Source: Candidatus Nitrosocosmicus sp. (GTDB lineage Archaea; Thermoproteota; Nitrososphaeria; Nitrososphaerales; Nitrososphaeraceae). Taken from it: a DNA stretch of 48,758 nucleotides. The translations under genes were made by a program, and so were the position numbers. Shown here one piece after another: positions 9,797 to 19,691 of the stretch (positions within the stretch are counted from its first letter, which is position 1; each line of letters starts with the position of its first letter). The notes beneath the pieces were generated by a model, which worked only from the letters and a program-made list of their open reading frames with translations, searched no databases and was not told where the DNA came from. The stretch lies in assembly GCA_040297625.1 (NCBI GenBank), contig JBDUES010000208.1, positions 1-48,758 of the forward strand. The letters run 5' to 3'.

Positions 9797-10327
9797 TTAT
9801 TGTTTTGTTGTAGAATTAGTAATATTAAAAGAGACTGTATCTCCAACAGTAATATTATTTTTTGTTGTATAATTTGAATTCACTTCCAAAACATATTTTG
9901 AATTAGCATGAGGAGAATAAGAATTGCATAATAGGAAAAATATACATGGCTGGAGATTTTTTTCAATATGAACTATTTCGTGATTTGAATTAATCCATAT
10001 TATATCAAGCGGGAATTTCATATCCTTCATCCAAAAAGAATATTCACCTGGAGTATTAAATGGAAATAACATTCCTTCAGAGTCATTTAAGGTATTTTTG
10101 ATTGAAAGCCCTTTTGCTTGTTGATCGAGGGTGATAGCCAAATCTACATGAATAATCAAATCCTTAATCTTTACAGAGGAGGAGGCGGTAGAAGCTGTAT
10201 TATTCGTATCTTTTTGTGCATAAACTTTATGCTCATAATTCATCACAAATAAAAAAGAAAAAGTAGAAAAAATACATAATAATACAAAGATTCTAAAAAC
10301 ATCTCTTGAGAATTTACAATTTACCAT
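9797..10327 (-). CDS. DUF192 domain protein with N-terminal signal/TM anchor
   Basis: KGLS...GMLFPF...FWMKDMKFPLDIIWI...YVLEVN motifs. Confidence 0.9.
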   Translation of the reverse strand: MVNCKFSRDVFRIFVLLCIFSTFSFLFVMNYEHKVYAQKDTNNTASTASSSVKIKDLIIHVDLAITLDQQAKGLSIKNTLNDSEGMLFPFNTPGEYSFWMKDMKFPLDIIWINSNHEIVHIEKNLQPCIFFLLCNSYSPHANSKYVLEVNSNYTTKNNITVGDTVSFNITNSTTKQ

Positions 10328-10380
10328 AATTACAAGTATTTAATAGTACAATTTTTATATTTATGTATTTATTTTAAACC

Positions 10381-10560
10381 ATGATTTGTAGCTGCAGATG
10401 TATGAATTGTAAAAGTTCCTTCCTTGAAAGTAAAGAATTTTTGGCAGAAGATGGATATAATGATATTCACCATACTTGCAAAAATTGTGGAATACATTTT
10501 AACCATTTGGATGGGGAGAAATTTAAAACATGTACTATTTGTAATTATCCACAAACATAA
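10381..10560 (+). CDS. Small Cys/His-rich putative metal-binding (zinc-finger-like) protein, 59 aa; missed by the ORF track
   Basis: MICSCRCMNCKSSFLESKEFLAEDGYNDIHHTCKNCGIHFNHLDGEKFKTCTICNYPQT*: three CxxC pairs, 8 Cys, 4 His; TTTATATT box at 10354-10361. Confidence 0.8.
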   Translation: MICSCRCMNCKSSFLESKEFLAEDGYNDIHHTCKNCGIHFNHLDGEKFKTCTICNYPQT

Positions 10561-11078
10561 TAGAATTAATAAAATGTAGTTTGTTAATTTTTTATCAGTA
10601 TTAAAAATATCATTATTTGATCCAAGATTAACATGATCGGATTGGATTTACAACATCATCATACCTGCCCTTTGATTTACCAAATATGTTCAACCTCATG
10701 CAAGAAATAACCTCATTACAATTCATATCAAATGCTACTATACTAATCAACATAATTTCACACTGTCCATGCTTACCAATAATTCAAGTTTATAATGTGT
10801 TAAAGTGTTTCTACTAAAATCTAACGATCTGTGAGTACAATATCACTAGTAATATCATTTTAATAGATCTATAATCTCATTTAATAAAAGGATCTAATAG
10901 AATGACTTCGAATTTATGTTAGGCAATATAACAATGTTGATTAATGTTAAAGCAGCAATTGATAATAAAAAATCATTCTACCAATTTCGTATTTTTATCC
11001 ATCTTCTTCAATTTTGATGATTTTTGTCATATTATAAGTATATATTTATAACCACTATTTATATACCCAAGAAAGAGA

Positions 11079-11642
11079 ATGCCCCAAACAAAGCCGATGG
11101 TAAGTATAGAAAATGTCGTGGCATCAGCAACGGTTAATCAGACTATAAACTTAAATTTAATTACACAAATATTTCCTGATGTAGAATATCATCCAGATCA
11201 GTTTCCAGGTCTAGTATTTAGACTTAAAGCTCCTAAAACAGCTACATTGATTTTCAGTTCAGGTAAAATGGTATGTACTGGAGCTAAATCAGAAGAACAA
11301 GCTATCAAAGCAGTAAAAAATGTGGTACAAAAATTGAGAAAGGGAGGCATACCAGTAGAAAATGACCCAATAATAGAGATTCAAAATATTGTAGCATCCG
11401 CTAGCTTGGGAGGAAAAATTCATTTGGAACTAGCAGCGAGAATATTGCCAAGAAGTATGTATGAACCAGAACAATTTCCGGGTTTAATTCACAGAATGCT
11501 TGATCCCAAAACAGTGATATTATTATTTGCAAGTGGAAAACTGGTTTGTACCGGAGCTAAAAAAGAAACCGAGGTTTACAGAGCTGTAACAAACTTACAT
11601 ATATTGCTAGAAGAAAAGAATTTAATGATTTACGAAAGTTAA
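11079..11642 (+). CDS. tbp: TATA-box-binding protein
   Basis: Two repeats: ENVVAS...YHPDQFPGLVFRL...LIFSSGKMVCTGAK and QNIVAS...YEPEQFPGLIHRM...LLFASGKLVCTGAK. Confidence 0.98.
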   Translation: MPQTKPMVSIENVVASATVNQTINLNLITQIFPDVEYHPDQFPGLVFRLKAPKTATLIFSSGKMVCTGAKSEEQAIKAVKNVVQKLRKGGIPVENDPIIEIQNIVASASLGGKIHLELAARILPRSMYEPEQFPGLIHRMLDPKTVILLFASGKLVCTGAKKETEVYRAVTNLHILLEEKNLMIYES

Positions 11643-12280
11643 ATTTTTTCTAGTTCATTTTTTAAATCCAAATAATCCTTCTCATTTATTCTATTATTTT
11701 GATATAAAATTTCAAAAATATCATTCATAGAGATAATTTTATGGATTTTTATTTCATATTTTTTCAAAAGATCTTTAGTGCCTTGTTCTCTATCCACAAA
11801 CACCAGTAGATCATTTATAATGGATTTGTCTTTTAAAAGTTCAATTGAAGAAATTAATGAATTACCCGTAGTCATAACGTCATCGACAATTAATACTTTA
11901 GAATTAGAAATGAGATCACCTTCAAAAGTTTTTTGTGTCCCATAATTCTTAATATTTTTTCTAACATAAATATGAGGTCTAAATATCTCGTATGCAAGCG
12001 AAGAGCCAAAAATTGTTCCGGAAGTTGGAATAGAACATATATATTCAAAATTACGCAAACCAATATTATTCATTATATACTTTTTTAATAAAAAAATGCT
12101 ATTTCTAAAATATCTGGGATAGCTTTGTAAAATTCTCAGATCAAGATAAAATTTACTTTTTTTCCCGCTTGATAAAGTAAAATCACCACCCATCTTGATG
12201 GCTTCTTTTTTATGTAAAAATAAAATTAAATCTTTTAATATAGATATTTTGTTGTAGTCTTTACCTTCTTCCGCAGTCAT
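11639..12280 (-). CDS. pyrE: Orotate phosphoribosyltransferase
   Basis: FTLSSGKKSKFYLDLR, YVRK..KNYG, PRPP-binding motif VLIVDDVMTTGNS. Confidence 0.92.
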   Translation of the reverse strand: MTAEEGKDYNKISILKDLILFLHKKEAIKMGGDFTLSSGKKSKFYLDLRILQSYPRYFRNSIFLLKKYIMNNIGLRNFEYICSIPTSGTIFGSSLAYEIFRPHIYVRKNIKNYGTQKTFEGDLISNSKVLIVDDVMTTGNSLISSIELLKDKSIINDLLVFVDREQGTKDLLKKYEIKIHKIISMNDIFEILYQNNRINEKDYLDLKNELEKI

Positions 12281-12341
12281 ATTTAATTAAATTGATATTG
12301 TTTTATTTTATATGTTGCCTTTTTATTCATACCTTTAAAGA

Positions 12342-13469
12342 ATGCCAGAAATATGGTTAGGATATGGGGATTCTGAAGTTATTCTAGATATCAAATATGA
12401 AAACATATTAGACAATAATAAATCAGAATTCCTTTTACTAGATTATGAATCTCTAAATTCAGAATTAGAAAAAAAAATTCAATTGAAAAATTCTACATTA
12501 ATTATTACATTTAATCCATTCTTACAAATGATCCCTATTTTGAAATATATTACTGAAATCAGCAAAAGATATGAAATAGAAAATTTAGAAATTAGCACAT
12601 TGTCAAAAAATATACCACAAAAAATTAAAAGGATATTAAATGATAGTGGTATATCTATTAATAGAATAGAATATAATGAGATTTTAAACAAGTCAAAAAA
12701 TTTTGAAAAAACAATAATATTAGAAAAAATAGAATATGACCCATTTTTTGGATATAAGGGAGCAACAACAGAATTATTGAGATCAAGTTTTCCAAATGAA
12801 ATGAATCATGCATATTCAACCATAATTGACAAATACCCACAATCAGGAATGATAACCGAACCATTGAAAATTTCAATCGAGGTCTCAAAAACATTAAATT
12901 TTGAATCCATCAATGTAATAGCGAACAATGATGGAGTAAATTCCATTTATTCGGGAGATATAGAAGATTCATTTAAAAAATCAATTGAAAAATTTGATAA
13001 AATATCCAAGAAAGAAGTTGAAAAAACAAAATCAGTTTTTATTTCAGGGAATAGCAATTTTAACATCCAAGCTACTTTAGGCAATAGTTTAAATTTATTA
13101 TGGAATAACTATCAGGCAGTAAAAGAAAACGGTACTATAATATTACTATCAGAAAATAAAATGGGTTTGGGTAATGGCGCCCTTCTACAATACATTGAAA
13201 ATAGATTGGATCAAACGGGATTAAAAAAATATCAATACCTAAAAGATTTAGAACATATAAATTTTTTAAATTTAATTAAAGATAAATTCGATATTTATGC
13301 TATTTCAACATTACCTAAAGTTTATCTAAATAAATTAGGAATAAAAACAATTTCAAGGGTTAAAGAGGGGTTAGAAACTATTTTAATGAAACATGGCAAA
13401 AATTCTAAAATTTTAATAATTTCAAATTCAGAAATCACGCAGATTTTAGAACCAAGTGATAGAAATTAA
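12342..13469 (+). CDS. LarA/DUF2088 (lactate racemase-fold)-like protein, divergent
   Basis: IWLGYG start, PFFGYKG and GTIILLSE..MGLG motifs resemble the LarA family; catalytic motifs are not evident. Confidence 0.5.
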   Translation: MPEIWLGYGDSEVILDIKYENILDNNKSEFLLLDYESLNSELEKKIQLKNSTLIITFNPFLQMIPILKYITEISKRYEIENLEISTLSKNIPQKIKRILNDSGISINRIEYNEILNKSKNFEKTIILEKIEYDPFFGYKGATTELLRSSFPNEMNHAYSTIIDKYPQSGMITEPLKISIEVSKTLNFESINVIANNDGVNSIYSGDIEDSFKKSIEKFDKISKKEVEKTKSVFISGNSNFNIQATLGNSLNLLWNNYQAVKENGTIILLSENKMGLGNGALLQYIENRLDQTGLKKYQYLKDLEHINFLNLIKDKFDIYAISTLPKVYLNKLGIKTISRVKEGLETILMKHGKNSKILIISNSEITQILEPSDRN

Positions 13470-13544
13470 AATAAATTCAAGAATTAATAATAAATCACAA
13501 GGTTATTATCCTTTGTAAATTAATTTAATATGAATTATATTTAA

Positions 13545-14876
13545 ATGAAAGATGAAAACCTTCACTATATAATAACCTTTGAATTAGGAATTGCCATTTT
13601 AAATCCAGACAAAAATGTCACCTACTTTAAGAAATTTCAAGACCCATTGAATTCACATATAAAATTTAAAGATAAAGATTATAACGAGATTATTGAAACA
13701 ATTGAAAGTGTCGAGTTTTTAGAAAAGCATAAAAATATTAAAATTTTAACAAATTTCCCCGAGATAATTAATTTATTAAAAGATAAAGATTTTGAAGTGA
13801 TAGAAAAAATATCACCACTAATAGAAAAATATATACAAATACATAAATTGGACATTTACCTGCAATCAAACCATTTTTCAAACGAAAAAGAGACAATAAA
13901 AGAATTAAGAGATTTTTCTTTAAAATGGTCCTCATTAAAGATTCAAGAAGCATCAGAACAAATTGATCTACATATAAGCCAGTCCATCAATGCATTAGAT
14001 GAGATAGACAAAATATCAAACACGTTAGCAACCAGAATGAGAGAATGGTATGGATTACATTTCCCCGAACTTGACAATCTGTTACAAAACGCCAATACAT
14101 ATTCTCTTATAATATCTTGCTGTGGTAAAAGAGACGGTATAACCAAGGATTTTTTGAAAACAATTGACATCCCGGATAATAAAATTGAAATAATAACTGA
14201 AGTATCTCAGAGAAGCAGAGGAGGCAGAATTACAGAACAAAATCTATTAATTGTTCAAAATATAGCCGAACAGGTGATATCACTAAATAAAATAAGAAAG
14301 AATTTAGAAGAGCATATTGAAACCTCGATGGAGGAAATTGCCCCTAATGTCAAAGGTTTACTTACTGCGTCTGTAGGAGCAAGACTAATTTCAAAGGCAG
14401 GTAGTTTGAGGAAATTATCTTCACTATCAGCAAGTACAATTCAAATATTAGGAGCAGAAAAAGCTTTATTTAGAACTTTAAAAACAGGATCTAATCCACC
14501 AAAGCACGGAATTTTATTTCAACATCCTGTAATTCACTCAGCTCCTAAATGGCAAAGAGGTAAGATGGCTAGAGCAATTGCAGCTAAAACTGCCATTGCT
14601 TCCAGATTAGATGTATATGGACAAGATCCAGAAGTTAATCAGGCTCTATCAACTAAACTAAATAATAGAATTACAGAAATTCAAGAAAAATATAAAGAAC
14701 CCCCTACAATTGAACAAAGAACTTCATCAAATGCGAGAAATGATAAAAGGTTTGGATTTGGCAGAAATGCAAGAGGTAGAGACGATGGAAGCTGGAAAGG
14801 AAAAGGAAAAAATAGCGATTCAAAGTTTAAGAAAAACAAATTTAAAAAGAGATACCACAAATCAAATAAAAAGTGA
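13545..14876 (+). CDS. nop5: C/D box RNP protein Nop5 (Nop56/58)
   Basis: RMREWYGLHFPEL, APNV..L....VGARLI, STIQILGAEKALFR, PPKHGILFQ; basic tail. Confidence 0.96.
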   Translation: MKDENLHYIITFELGIAILNPDKNVTYFKKFQDPLNSHIKFKDKDYNEIIETIESVEFLEKHKNIKILTNFPEIINLLKDKDFEVIEKISPLIEKYIQIHKLDIYLQSNHFSNEKETIKELRDFSLKWSSLKIQEASEQIDLHISQSINALDEIDKISNTLATRMREWYGLHFPELDNLLQNANTYSLIISCCGKRDGITKDFLKTIDIPDNKIEIITEVSQRSRGGRITEQNLLIVQNIAEQVISLNKIRKNLEEHIETSMEEIAPNVKGLLTASVGARLISKAGSLRKLSSLSASTIQILGAEKALFRTLKTGSNPPKHGILFQHPVIHSAPKWQRGKMARAIAAKTAIASRLDVYGQDPEVNQALSTKLNNRITEIQEKYKEPPTIEQRTSSNARNDKRFGFGRNARGRDDGSWKGKGKNSDSKFKKNKFKKRYHKSNKK

Positions 14877-14931
14877 AAAATTATATGCATGTAAAATTAA
14901 TAATAACAATTAAAGGTAATGGTAAAAAATA

Positions 14932-15639
14932 ATGAACCAATTGAATATTCTTAAAAGTTTTGACAATGGTTCTTATATTATTTTAACAGATAATACAAAT
15001 GAAAAGCATCTTGCCACACAAAATCTTATTAATGGTAATAGCGTTTATGGCGAAAAAATAATAAAATTTGAAGATATAGAATATAGATTATGGGATCCGT
15101 TTAGAAGCAAACTTGCAGGAGCAATATTAAAAGGCCTTAAAGAAAATCCTATAAAAGAATCTTCAAAAGTACTGTATTTAGGAGCATCGACTGGAACAAC
15201 AGTAAGCCATGTATCAGATATTATAGGAAACAATGGAATAATATTTCCTGTAGAACCATCTGTTAGAGTAGCAAGAGAGTTATTAGAGAACGTATCTTCA
15301 AAAAGAAATAACATCATCCCTATATTGTCAGATGCAAGAAATTATTTAAAATATTATGGGTATTTTGGGATTGTCGATATTGTTTATTCAGACATAGCTC
15401 AACCAGATCAGACAATGATAGCAATAGATAACTGCAAGAGTTATTTAAAAGATAACGGCGATCTATTAATAATAATCAAAACAAGAAGTATAGACGTATT
15501 AACAGATCCAAAAATAGTTACCCAAAATGAAGCAAAAAAACTAGAAGACAACAATTTTACAATAATCCAGATAATAAATCTAGAACCTTTTGAAAAAGAC
15601 CATTCTCTAATACATGCAAAGTTAAAGAAAAATAACTAG
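14932..15639 (+). CDS. flpA: Fibrillarin-like rRNA/tRNA 2'-O-methyltransferase
   Basis: VYGEK, YRLWDPFRSKLAGAI, VLYLGASTGTTVSHVSD, DIAQPDQ. Confidence 0.97.
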   Translation: MNQLNILKSFDNGSYIILTDNTNEKHLATQNLINGNSVYGEKIIKFEDIEYRLWDPFRSKLAGAILKGLKENPIKESSKVLYLGASTGTTVSHVSDIIGNNGIIFPVEPSVRVARELLENVSSKRNNIIPILSDARNYLKYYGYFGIVDIVYSDIAQPDQTMIAIDNCKSYLKDNGDLLIIIKTRSIDVLTDPKIVTQNEAKKLEDNNFTIIQIINLEPFEKDHSLIHAKLKKNN

Positions 15640-15760
15640 GTCTTATGATAAAAAATAATAATTATTGAAACATACAATATAATTATTTTTCAATCAAAAT
15701 AACAAAAATAAATTTAGCCTTAATACGTATATTTAATATTCAAGTCTAGGTTTATAGATA

Positions 15761-16996
15761 TCAGTTTAATAAACTTTTTATATCCATTATCGATGCATTA
15801 GTTTTAAAACCATTTGATGCAAAAATAGTTTTACTAGACAAGTAGCCATTCTCATTTAATAGTTCAATTATATTGACAATACTCAATACGTTTTTTTTTA
15901 AAACTTTTCCTATTTCATCATTAATATAATGGTACGGATAATCGTCTAATTCATTTAACGCGATTGTAAAAAAATCTTTTAGAACATTGGAATGTAATTT
16001 GGTTGATTCTCTAGTATGGGAAGCAGATTCAACATCAATTGAATCTATTATTTGAGTAATTAATTCTTTATTAAATATACTGGATATCCACATTGGTCCT
16101 CCAATAGTTACCTTATTATGACAATTACTACAATCCATTATTCCATAAAGTTTATTTATCAAATATCTGTTTCCACAATTAAAACAATGAACAACGTATC
16201 CTAATTTTTCTTGAATCTTATTTGCAGAATAATTGCTTTTTACAACTTTACAATATACTCTTATATAATTTCTATAACCATGTGAAAAAATAGGATGTAT
16301 GGATAAATCTAATCTCGATGCAATCAAAGCAATCGACGATATTAATAATCTAATTCCTATTTCTCCAGAATATCGGGTTCTTAATGGATTTCCATAATAT
16401 TTTCTATAACAAACTTTTGGATAAACTCCACATAATACAGCAGTATCAGTTGCGGTAACTGAGATTAAACCACCATTTTCTACTGATCTTAAAACACAAT
16501 CCATATAGGGTGCAGGAGTGCCAAAAGGATCTATATCCACTATTGTAGCTCTTTTTTCAAAATTAAACTGTGTTGATAAAAAATTGCATATGTCTTTATT
16601 ATAAAAATCACATTTATTATACACATTATTTAAAGTGGCATTAATTTTGGAAACATAAATTGAAAAAGAATTAGTGTCATTAAAAATTATTCTGTTAATT
16701 TTTGGTATCTCGTTAGCTACCCTCAGGCCCCTTGCCCCAGACCCGGTCATAGCATCAACAAAAGAAATATCTTTTTCTTTTTTATCATATATAAAATTTT
16801 TGTAAATGTGGATTGAAATATCCCTATTAAATTTGGCAGCAGGATTAAAAAAGACTGGAAATTTTGATGGTTCTCTTTCTGTTATTGCATTTGACGGCAC
16901 TAAAAAACTAGTAATATTTTCAGATACAATTGACCAATTATTTTCTCGATAATCAGAAGGATAATTAGTTTGAGAATAGTGTGATGAAAAATTCAC
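15761..16996 (-). CDS. trm1: tRNA (guanine26-N2)-dimethyltransferase
   Basis: VFFNP...NRDIS, DAMTGSGARGLR, DIDPFGTP, TATDTAVLCG, zinc finger CFNC...CSNC, GGPMW. GTG start. Confidence 0.95.
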   Translation of the reverse strand: MNFSSHYSQTNYPSDYRENNWSIVSENITSFLVPSNAITEREPSKFPVFFNPAAKFNRDISIHIYKNFIYDKKEKDISFVDAMTGSGARGLRVANEIPKINRIIFNDTNSFSIYVSKINATLNNVYNKCDFYNKDICNFLSTQFNFEKRATIVDIDPFGTPAPYMDCVLRSVENGGLISVTATDTAVLCGVYPKVCYRKYYGNPLRTRYSGEIGIRLLISSIALIASRLDLSIHPIFSHGYRNYIRVYCKVVKSNYSANKIQEKLGYVVHCFNCGNRYLINKLYGIMDCSNCHNKVTIGGPMWISSIFNKELITQIIDSIDVESASHTRESTKLHSNVLKDFFTIALNELDDYPYHYINDEIGKVLKKNVLSIVNIIELLNENGYLSSKTIFASNGFKTNASIMDIKSLLN

Positions 16997-17055
16997 TTTA
17001 AATTTATTGAAATTAAGATATTATTATATAATTTTATTTTTCAAAATAATATCAA

Positions 17056-17706
17056 TTGTTTTTAGGCGGTATAGATGAAGCGGGAAGAGGATCTGTAGTT
17101 GGACCATTAGTTATTGCAGGGATTTCATTTGATTCAAAAAAAATAAATTTATTAAAACAGATGAGTATAACAGATTCTAAGAAAATATCTCCAAGAAAAC
17201 GTGAACTACTGTTTGACCAAATTTTGAATATGTGCGAATCTATTTTTATCTGTAAAATTAACTGCTCCACAATTGATAAATTTGTAAAATTGAATAATTT
17301 GAATAAGCTTGAATCAAAGTTTATGACCATTGTAGCAGATAATCTACATGCTGACAAAATTATTGTAGATTCATGCGATGTTAATCCCTTTAGATTTCAA
17401 CAAGAAATAAAGAAAAATTTAATAAATAAAAAAACATCCATTTATTCTTTTCACAAAGCAGACTCGGATAACATTATTGTTTCTTGTGCATCCATTATGG
17501 CCAAGGTAACGCGAGATAATGAAATTGATAAGCTGAAGGAAAAACTTGGAAAAGACATCGGATCTGGTTATCCCTCTGATCCTAAAACAAAACTATTTAT
17601 TCAAAATGAAGTTTTTGAAAATGGTTCTAAAAACTATATCAGATTTTCCTGGAAACCAGTAAAACAGATAATCCATAAAAATATCCAAACCAAACTATTT
17701 TGTTAA
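17056..17706 (+). CDS. rnhB: Ribonuclease HII
   Basis: GIDEAGRGSVVGPLV, DSKK, HKAD, ASIMAKVTRD, GSGYPSDP. TTG start. Confidence 0.96.
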   Translation: MFLGGIDEAGRGSVVGPLVIAGISFDSKKINLLKQMSITDSKKISPRKRELLFDQILNMCESIFICKINCSTIDKFVKLNNLNKLESKFMTIVADNLHADKIIVDSCDVNPFRFQQEIKKNLINKKTSIYSFHKADSDNIIVSCASIMAKVTRDNEIDKLKEKLGKDIGSGYPSDPKTKLFIQNEVFENGSKNYIRFSWKPVKQIIHKNIQTKLFC

Positions 17707-17939
17707 TAAGATAAAGACATAGATAAATACAAATAGAAATTACTAAAAAGTAAAAGGTAAAATTGGATAATATTATCAATTTTTGAAAATGATGAGAATA
17801 AGATTATTCCATTCTAACTAATTTTAAGCCTTACAACATATATTCATTCAAATATATTTTAAATTCAAAAATTCCAGATATAAAAATAAAATATAGTATC
17901 AAAAAAATTGATTGATAGTTGTTGTTATTTCATTAGATA

Positions 17940-19025
17940 TTAACCAAATGGAAGTGGAATATTGATACCCTGTTTACTCAGTTGGTTTTGGACATCATTA
18001 GCTATTTTGGATGCCATATCTTTAGCACCACTCTTACCATTGTTTTTGGTTCCGGTTGTCGAATTAGAACTTGAAGTTATATCAAATGTTGTACTAGCTT
18101 TATTTGATTTATATCCATCAGCAGTACCTGTTACTGTTATATCTATAGTGGAGGATGATTTTATAATACTTGAAGAGATTCCTTTACTAAATTTACCACT
18201 CGAGTTAGTTATTCCAGAGAAAGTTTCATTATTTATATTTCCAGATAGAGAAACACCACTAACAGGTTTATCGGTTATTGAATCTCTTACAGTTATTACT
18301 ATGGTCTGTCTGTTGCCACTTCCTTTTTTATCAATTACAATATTCATAGATTTGAATTCTAATGGAATAGTACTAGTAGGTTGGTCTTTAGTAGTAGTAG
18401 GGGCAGTAGTAGTAGTAGGGGCAGGAACTATACTTTTGGTGTTTAAATTGAGAGGAACTGCATTATTAAATGATTTACTTTGAACAATTAAAGGTGTTGT
18501 GCCCTTATTTGGAAATGTTCCATTAAATTTAGATCCAGTTACATTTACACTATAAAATGCAGCAGCAGTATTTCCTGGCTGGCATGTCAATTTTGAGGTT
18601 ATTTTGTTAGAACCTTCTTTAAGAGGAATATATAACGGGGTAAAACTATATTTCCATGTTGAATAATCATTATTACCTTTTGATCCAGTTCCAATAGCCG
18701 TTTGATATGGTTTAACACTATTAACAATTATGGAGACACTACATGCTGAAGAACTATTTGTATCAGATGCAGAAGTTCCCAGAATAGAGAGCTTTTCCCC
18801 ATTTTTGTTAAAATAATTTGTTCCGTTAATAAAAACTTGGTCTCCTGCCATAGGTGAAGTTATTCTTACACCAAAAGATTTTTTTGGAATTATCGTTGAT
18901 AGAGGTTTATTTTGACTATTACTACCATTATTAGTTCCAGGTGACTGAGCGTTAACAGTTGAAAAAATACCTGCAGTTAATAATATAGATGTTAAAAATA
19001 CTAAAAAGAATGTTTTAGAAATCAT
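17940..19025 (-). CDS. Secreted/surface Ser/Thr-rich protein with Ig-like beta domains
   Basis: Signal peptide (ATG 19025 preferred to TTG 19046), VRITSP...C...KPYQ...DYSTW...NKITSKLTC domain, PTTTT linker, second beta-sandwich-like domain. Confidence 0.75.
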   Translation of the reverse strand: MISKTFFLVFLTSILLTAGIFSTVNAQSPGTNNGSNSQNKPLSTIIPKKSFGVRITSPMAGDQVFINGTNYFNKNGEKLSILGTSASDTNSSSACSVSIIVNSVKPYQTAIGTGSKGNNDYSTWKYSFTPLYIPLKEGSNKITSKLTCQPGNTAAAFYSVNVTGSKFNGTFPNKGTTPLIVQSKSFNNAVPLNLNTKSIVPAPTTTTAPTTTKDQPTSTIPLEFKSMNIVIDKKGSGNRQTIVITVRDSITDKPVSGVSLSGNINNETFSGITNSSGKFSKGISSSIIKSSSTIDITVTGTADGYKSNKASTTFDITSSSNSTTGTKNNGKSGAKDMASKIANDVQNQLSKQGINIPLPFG

Positions 19026-19189
19026 GCTACAAATAATAGAATTCAAATATATTAAAAGATTATTCCTTTATTAGTAGAATAAAATAAACTTAACAAAACT
19101 CCACCACTATCTAATATAATATTTAACTAGAAAATTTAATTTATTGCTTACCCATAAAATATTTATTTTTTAAAGATAAAAAAATAACA

Positions 19190-19621
19190 GTGGATTTTAA
19201 TTTTTTTAAAAAAGATGAAAAATCGGATGATAAAAACCCATCTAAAAAAAATTTAATTACAATAACAAACAATGTTATTGACGGTATAATTTCATATTCA
19301 AAAATGCATCACCCTTATGAAGCAATATTAATTCTTGAAGGAAAGAGAAAAAAAGGAGAGATTTACATAAACAATCTTGTAATTCCGCCTTTTTCAATTC
19401 ACGGTCCATTTTATTCAGGTTTTTTAATAAACGAATTACCATTTGACTTGAGGTATGTTGGGACTGCACATTCACATCCAAGTGGAACCAGTCGCCCCTC
19501 AATAGAGGACTTGAACCATTTTTATGGCCTGGTTTCAATAATAATATGTCATCCATATGATGAAATGGATATTCATGCGTATAACGGCAATGGGAAAGAA
19601 ATTGAATTTTTCAGGAAATAA
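19190..19621 (+). CDS. JAMM/MPN+ metalloprotease (Mov34 family)
   Basis: HPYE (catalytic Glu) and JAMM motif HSHPSGTSRPSIED. Confidence 0.9.
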   Translation: MDFNFFKKDEKSDDKNPSKKNLITITNNVIDGIISYSKMHHPYEAILILEGKRKKGEIYINNLVIPPFSIHGPFYSGFLINELPFDLRYVGTAHSHPSGTSRPSIEDLNHFYGLVSIIICHPYDEMDIHAYNGNGKEIEFFRK

Positions 19622-19691
19622 CCTTGTAAATAGAATTATTATTGCTCAAATACAATAAATAGAAATTAATCATAATGAATTAGTTTCAAAT

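Noticed and set aside
10369-10554. 61-aa minus-strand ORF from the track
   Set aside because: Antisense shadow of the better-supported Cys-rich ORF at 10381-10560 (+).
10610-10770. ATGATGA (C-box-like) on the minus strand and a 41-aa ORF
   Set aside because: No properly spaced CTGA D box, and the ORF has no motif or clear promoter support.
18390-18425. Tandem GTAGTAGTAGGGGCA repeat
   Set aside because: Encodes the PTTTTAPTTT linker of a secreted protein; not CRISPR.
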